Positions 49,599 to 51,543 of a DNA stretch of 51,543 nt are shown here, piece after piece. The stretch is from NCBI GenBank assembly GCA_046583315.1, contig JAYGCN010000174.1, forward strand, positions 1 to 51,543, given 5' to 3'. A model generated the notes under the pieces. It did no database searches, was not told the DNA's origin, and saw nothing but the letters and a program-made list of their open reading frames with translations. This DNA is from Candidatus Hydrogenedentota bacterium (GTDB lineage Bacteria; Hydrogenedentota; Hydrogenedentia; Hydrogenedentales; GCA-2746185). Position 1 is the stretch's first letter; each line of letters starts with the position of its first letter. The position numbers were made by a program, and so were the translations under genes.

Positions 49599-50180
49599 AT
49601 GGATACCGTAGAGCACATCGAATTTGCACAAGGTACCGAAGAGACGGCTGTTGAAACAGACGTAAATTCGGCGCAGTTTCAGGAAGAATTCGAGCGTCTC
49701 ATCGATGAGCACCAAAATGGGCTCATTCGATACGCCTACCGCATGGTGAAAAATCGCGAACTCGCGCAGGATATGGCGCAGGATGCGTTCATCCGCTACA
49801 TCAAGAACCCGCCGCGATACGGTCTGCCCAAGCAGCGCGCATCCTGGTTGTTTCGCGTGACGCACAATTTGTGTATCGATTACATGAAACGCGAGTCGCT
49901 ACGTAGAGATATTTATGACAGAGTTGAAAAGCCGACCGATATTCCGCTTCCGGGCAACAAGCTGGTGGCGCAAGAAAGTTGGGGTGCTATTGAACCCTAC
50001 TTGAATCAACTCTCGGAGAATCAACAGTCGGTCATATTCTTGTTTTTCCAGGAAGACAAGACTTACAAAGAAATTGAAGCCGTCACGGATCTGTCGCTGT
50101 CCAACGTGGGCATGTTGCTGCACCGTGGTCTGAAAAAGATCAAGATGCTAATGGAAGAAGAAGGGTTTTCACCAGCATGA
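49599..50180 (+). CDS. ECF RNA polymerase sigma factor
   Basis: Region 2 LIRYAYRMVKNRELAQDMAQDAF..SWLFRVTHNLCID; region 4 LSENQQSVIFL..TYKEI..NVGMLLHRGLKK. The start could be 49557. Confidence 0.93.
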   Translation: MDTVEHIEFAQGTEETAVETDVNSAQFQEEFERLIDEHQNGLIRYAYRMVKNRELAQDMAQDAFIRYIKNPPRYGLPKQRASWLFRVTHNLCIDYMKRESLRRDIYDRVEKPTDIPLPGNKLVAQESWGAIEPYLNQLSENQQSVIFLFFQEDKTYKEIEAVTDLSLSNVGMLLHRGLKKIKMLMEEEGFSPA

Positions 50181-50818
50181 AAATGACGTGCGCAGAAATC
50201 GAAGAATGCGTCGGTGCCTATCTGGCCGATCACCTGACCGTGCAAGAGCGGTATCGGGTCGAGATGCATTTGGATTCCTGCCCGGACTGTCAGGCGGAAA
50301 TCGATTCGGTCAGCGACATTGCCATCCTGCTTAAATCCTCGCTCAACGATGACAACGATGATCTCCAGCTGGACTCGACGAGACGCGAGACGCTGTCGCA
50401 ACTGTGGGCCGAAGCGAATCCACATAACGATCACGCCACCCGAATTCGCTGGCGCATGATGCGTAACGCCGCTACGGGCCTTGCTGTTGCAGCATCCTTG
50501 ATGATCGGTAGCTATCTTGGTTTCGTTACTGGCAACCAACGCGTTCAGCAACCGGATTTCAAATTGGAGATTGCTTCTTTGCCAGTGGCCACGTTGACGG
50601 TGCAGACCGCTGAGTTCGATGAGCCGCAGTATGGTGTCTCTTCACACGGTTCGCCTTATGGTGAACTGTTGATCTTGTCTCAACTTCGGCTTCCCGAATA
50701 CGGCTCGGGTCCCATCATTCGTGCGCAACACACCAACGGAACGCGCGCGCCTTACATTGGACTGCCTGTCCCAAGACCCGGCTACGATTTCGAGATGTCC
50801 TCTATCGTTCATGAATGA
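50177..50818 (+). CDS. Zinc-finger (ZAS/zf-HC2) transmembrane anti-sigma factor
   Basis: MTCAEI..YL...L...ER..VEMHLDSCPDC (HxxxCxxC), TM segment AATGLAVAASLMIG, ATGA overlap with the sigma gene. Confidence 0.9.
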   Translation: MKMTCAEIEECVGAYLADHLTVQERYRVEMHLDSCPDCQAEIDSVSDIAILLKSSLNDDNDDLQLDSTRRETLSQLWAEANPHNDHATRIRWRMMRNAATGLAVAASLMIGSYLGFVTGNQRVQQPDFKLEIASLPVATLTVQTAEFDEPQYGVSSHGSPYGELLILSQLRLPEYGSGPIIRAQHTNGTRAPYIGLPVPRPGYDFEMSSIVHE

Positions 50819-51291
50819 AAAACGCTACCCCCTGGATAATTAGCGCGTTTCTCGTCGCCTTCTTCGTCTTTCAGTCCATCGGTTACAAGTCCGAGAAACA
50901 ACGACTTGATCGTCTGGATACCATCGAAGGCCAAACCGAGGTGTTGTCCGATTGGCTGGAACTGGATGACTCACAGCGACAGGGCTATCTTGACTTTCGC
51001 ATGAGCATCGTTGCCAAAGAGAAGGAATTCCAGGACTACCGCAAAAAAGACGCTCAGGAATTCTGGGAGGCCAATAAAGAAACCTTGACGGCTGATGAGA
51101 AGATGAAACTCATCAAGGAACGCCATCTCAAGATACTCCAAGAGACCAAGGCCGAAGAATTGGAGCTTTGGAGTGTCTGGATCGACACGCTGACCTTTGA
51201 ACAGCGCCGCCAATATCTGGGAAAGGTGTTTCAGCACCGCCCGTTGGATGCCTCTTGGTATGATAGGGACTTCTTCGACGATATCGATTGA
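50815..51291 (+). CDS. Membrane-anchored helical periplasmic protein, CpxP/Spy/heavy-metal-sensor-like
   Basis: N-terminal TM, LELDDSQ and LTFEQ (LTxxQ-like) motifs flanking charged helices, ATGA overlap with the anti-sigma gene. Confidence 0.6.
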   Translation: MKNATPWIISAFLVAFFVFQSIGYKSEKQRLDRLDTIEGQTEVLSDWLELDDSQRQGYLDFRMSIVAKEKEFQDYRKKDAQEFWEANKETLTADEKMKLIKERHLKILQETKAEELELWSVWIDTLTFEQRRQYLGKVFQHRPLDASWYDRDFFDDID

Positions 51292-51405
51292 TTTGTCAAT
51301 AATTTACCCGAATAAATCCCTTTGAAACTGTGATAAACCCCGCGAAACCTTCGTTTATTGATAACTAGCTGTGTCTAAATACCGTAATAACGGAAGGATA
51401 ACAAA

Positions 51406-51543
51406 ATGAAACGATTAGCTGGAATAACGACCCTGGCAGCGGGTGTGCTTTGCACGTCTGCCTTTGGTGCTGGGATCAGTGGCGTGGTGCAGGATGCTGC
51501 GGGTAAGCCGATGGAGGGTGTTTCGGTATCTGCGATTGATGCG
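51406..51543 (+). CDS. 5' end of a secreted protein with a carboxypeptidase-regulatory-like domain (partial)
   Basis: MKRLAGITTLAAGVLCTSAFGA signal peptide, then GISGVVQDAAGKPMEGVSVSA; AAGGA upstream. Confidence 0.75.
   Translation, partial: MKRLAGITTLAAGVLCTSAFGAGISGVVQDAAGKPMEGVSVSAIDA

Overview
A gene-dense 51.5 kb bacterial chromosomal segment of moderate GC, with about 45 genes and no rRNA, tRNA, CRISPR array, integrase or transposase that I can see. The DUF1559/H-X9-DG pilin-like protein carries an 'LREGI..LITDINN' motif, which together with the sulfatase, Tat-exported oxidoreductases and GT-C content suggests a Candidatus Hydrogenedentes-like or other PVC/FCB-like diderm (inference only). 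Housekeeping blocks are surA-like PPIase, eno-ftsB, phoH-pgpH-ybeY-2xCNNM-DUF502, acs, comF, an M16 peptidase and an AsmA-like protein. Accessory genes include an archaeal-type GlmU, parDE, mddA, a sialidase-SGNH fusion and an ECF sigma/ZAS anti-sigma/CpxP-like triad. The most interesting region is about 28.6-34.0 kb. It holds comF, an unannotated 62-aa protein resembling a free-standing PilC/GspF N-terminal domain, a convergent 4-Cys microprotein, an AT-rich 21-bp direct-repeat control region and a coiled-coil protein ending in an MshEN/T2SSE_N module with no ATPase. Together these may form a type IV pilus/competence regulatory module (hypothesis). Other direct observations: a three-hairpin leader covering the surA RBS; a perfect 18-bp tandem duplication at the surA stop; a probable CTG start of phoH overlapped by a uORF stop; an in-frame TGA splitting a TPR gene; and a microhomology-type deletion in an MTH1187-family gene.
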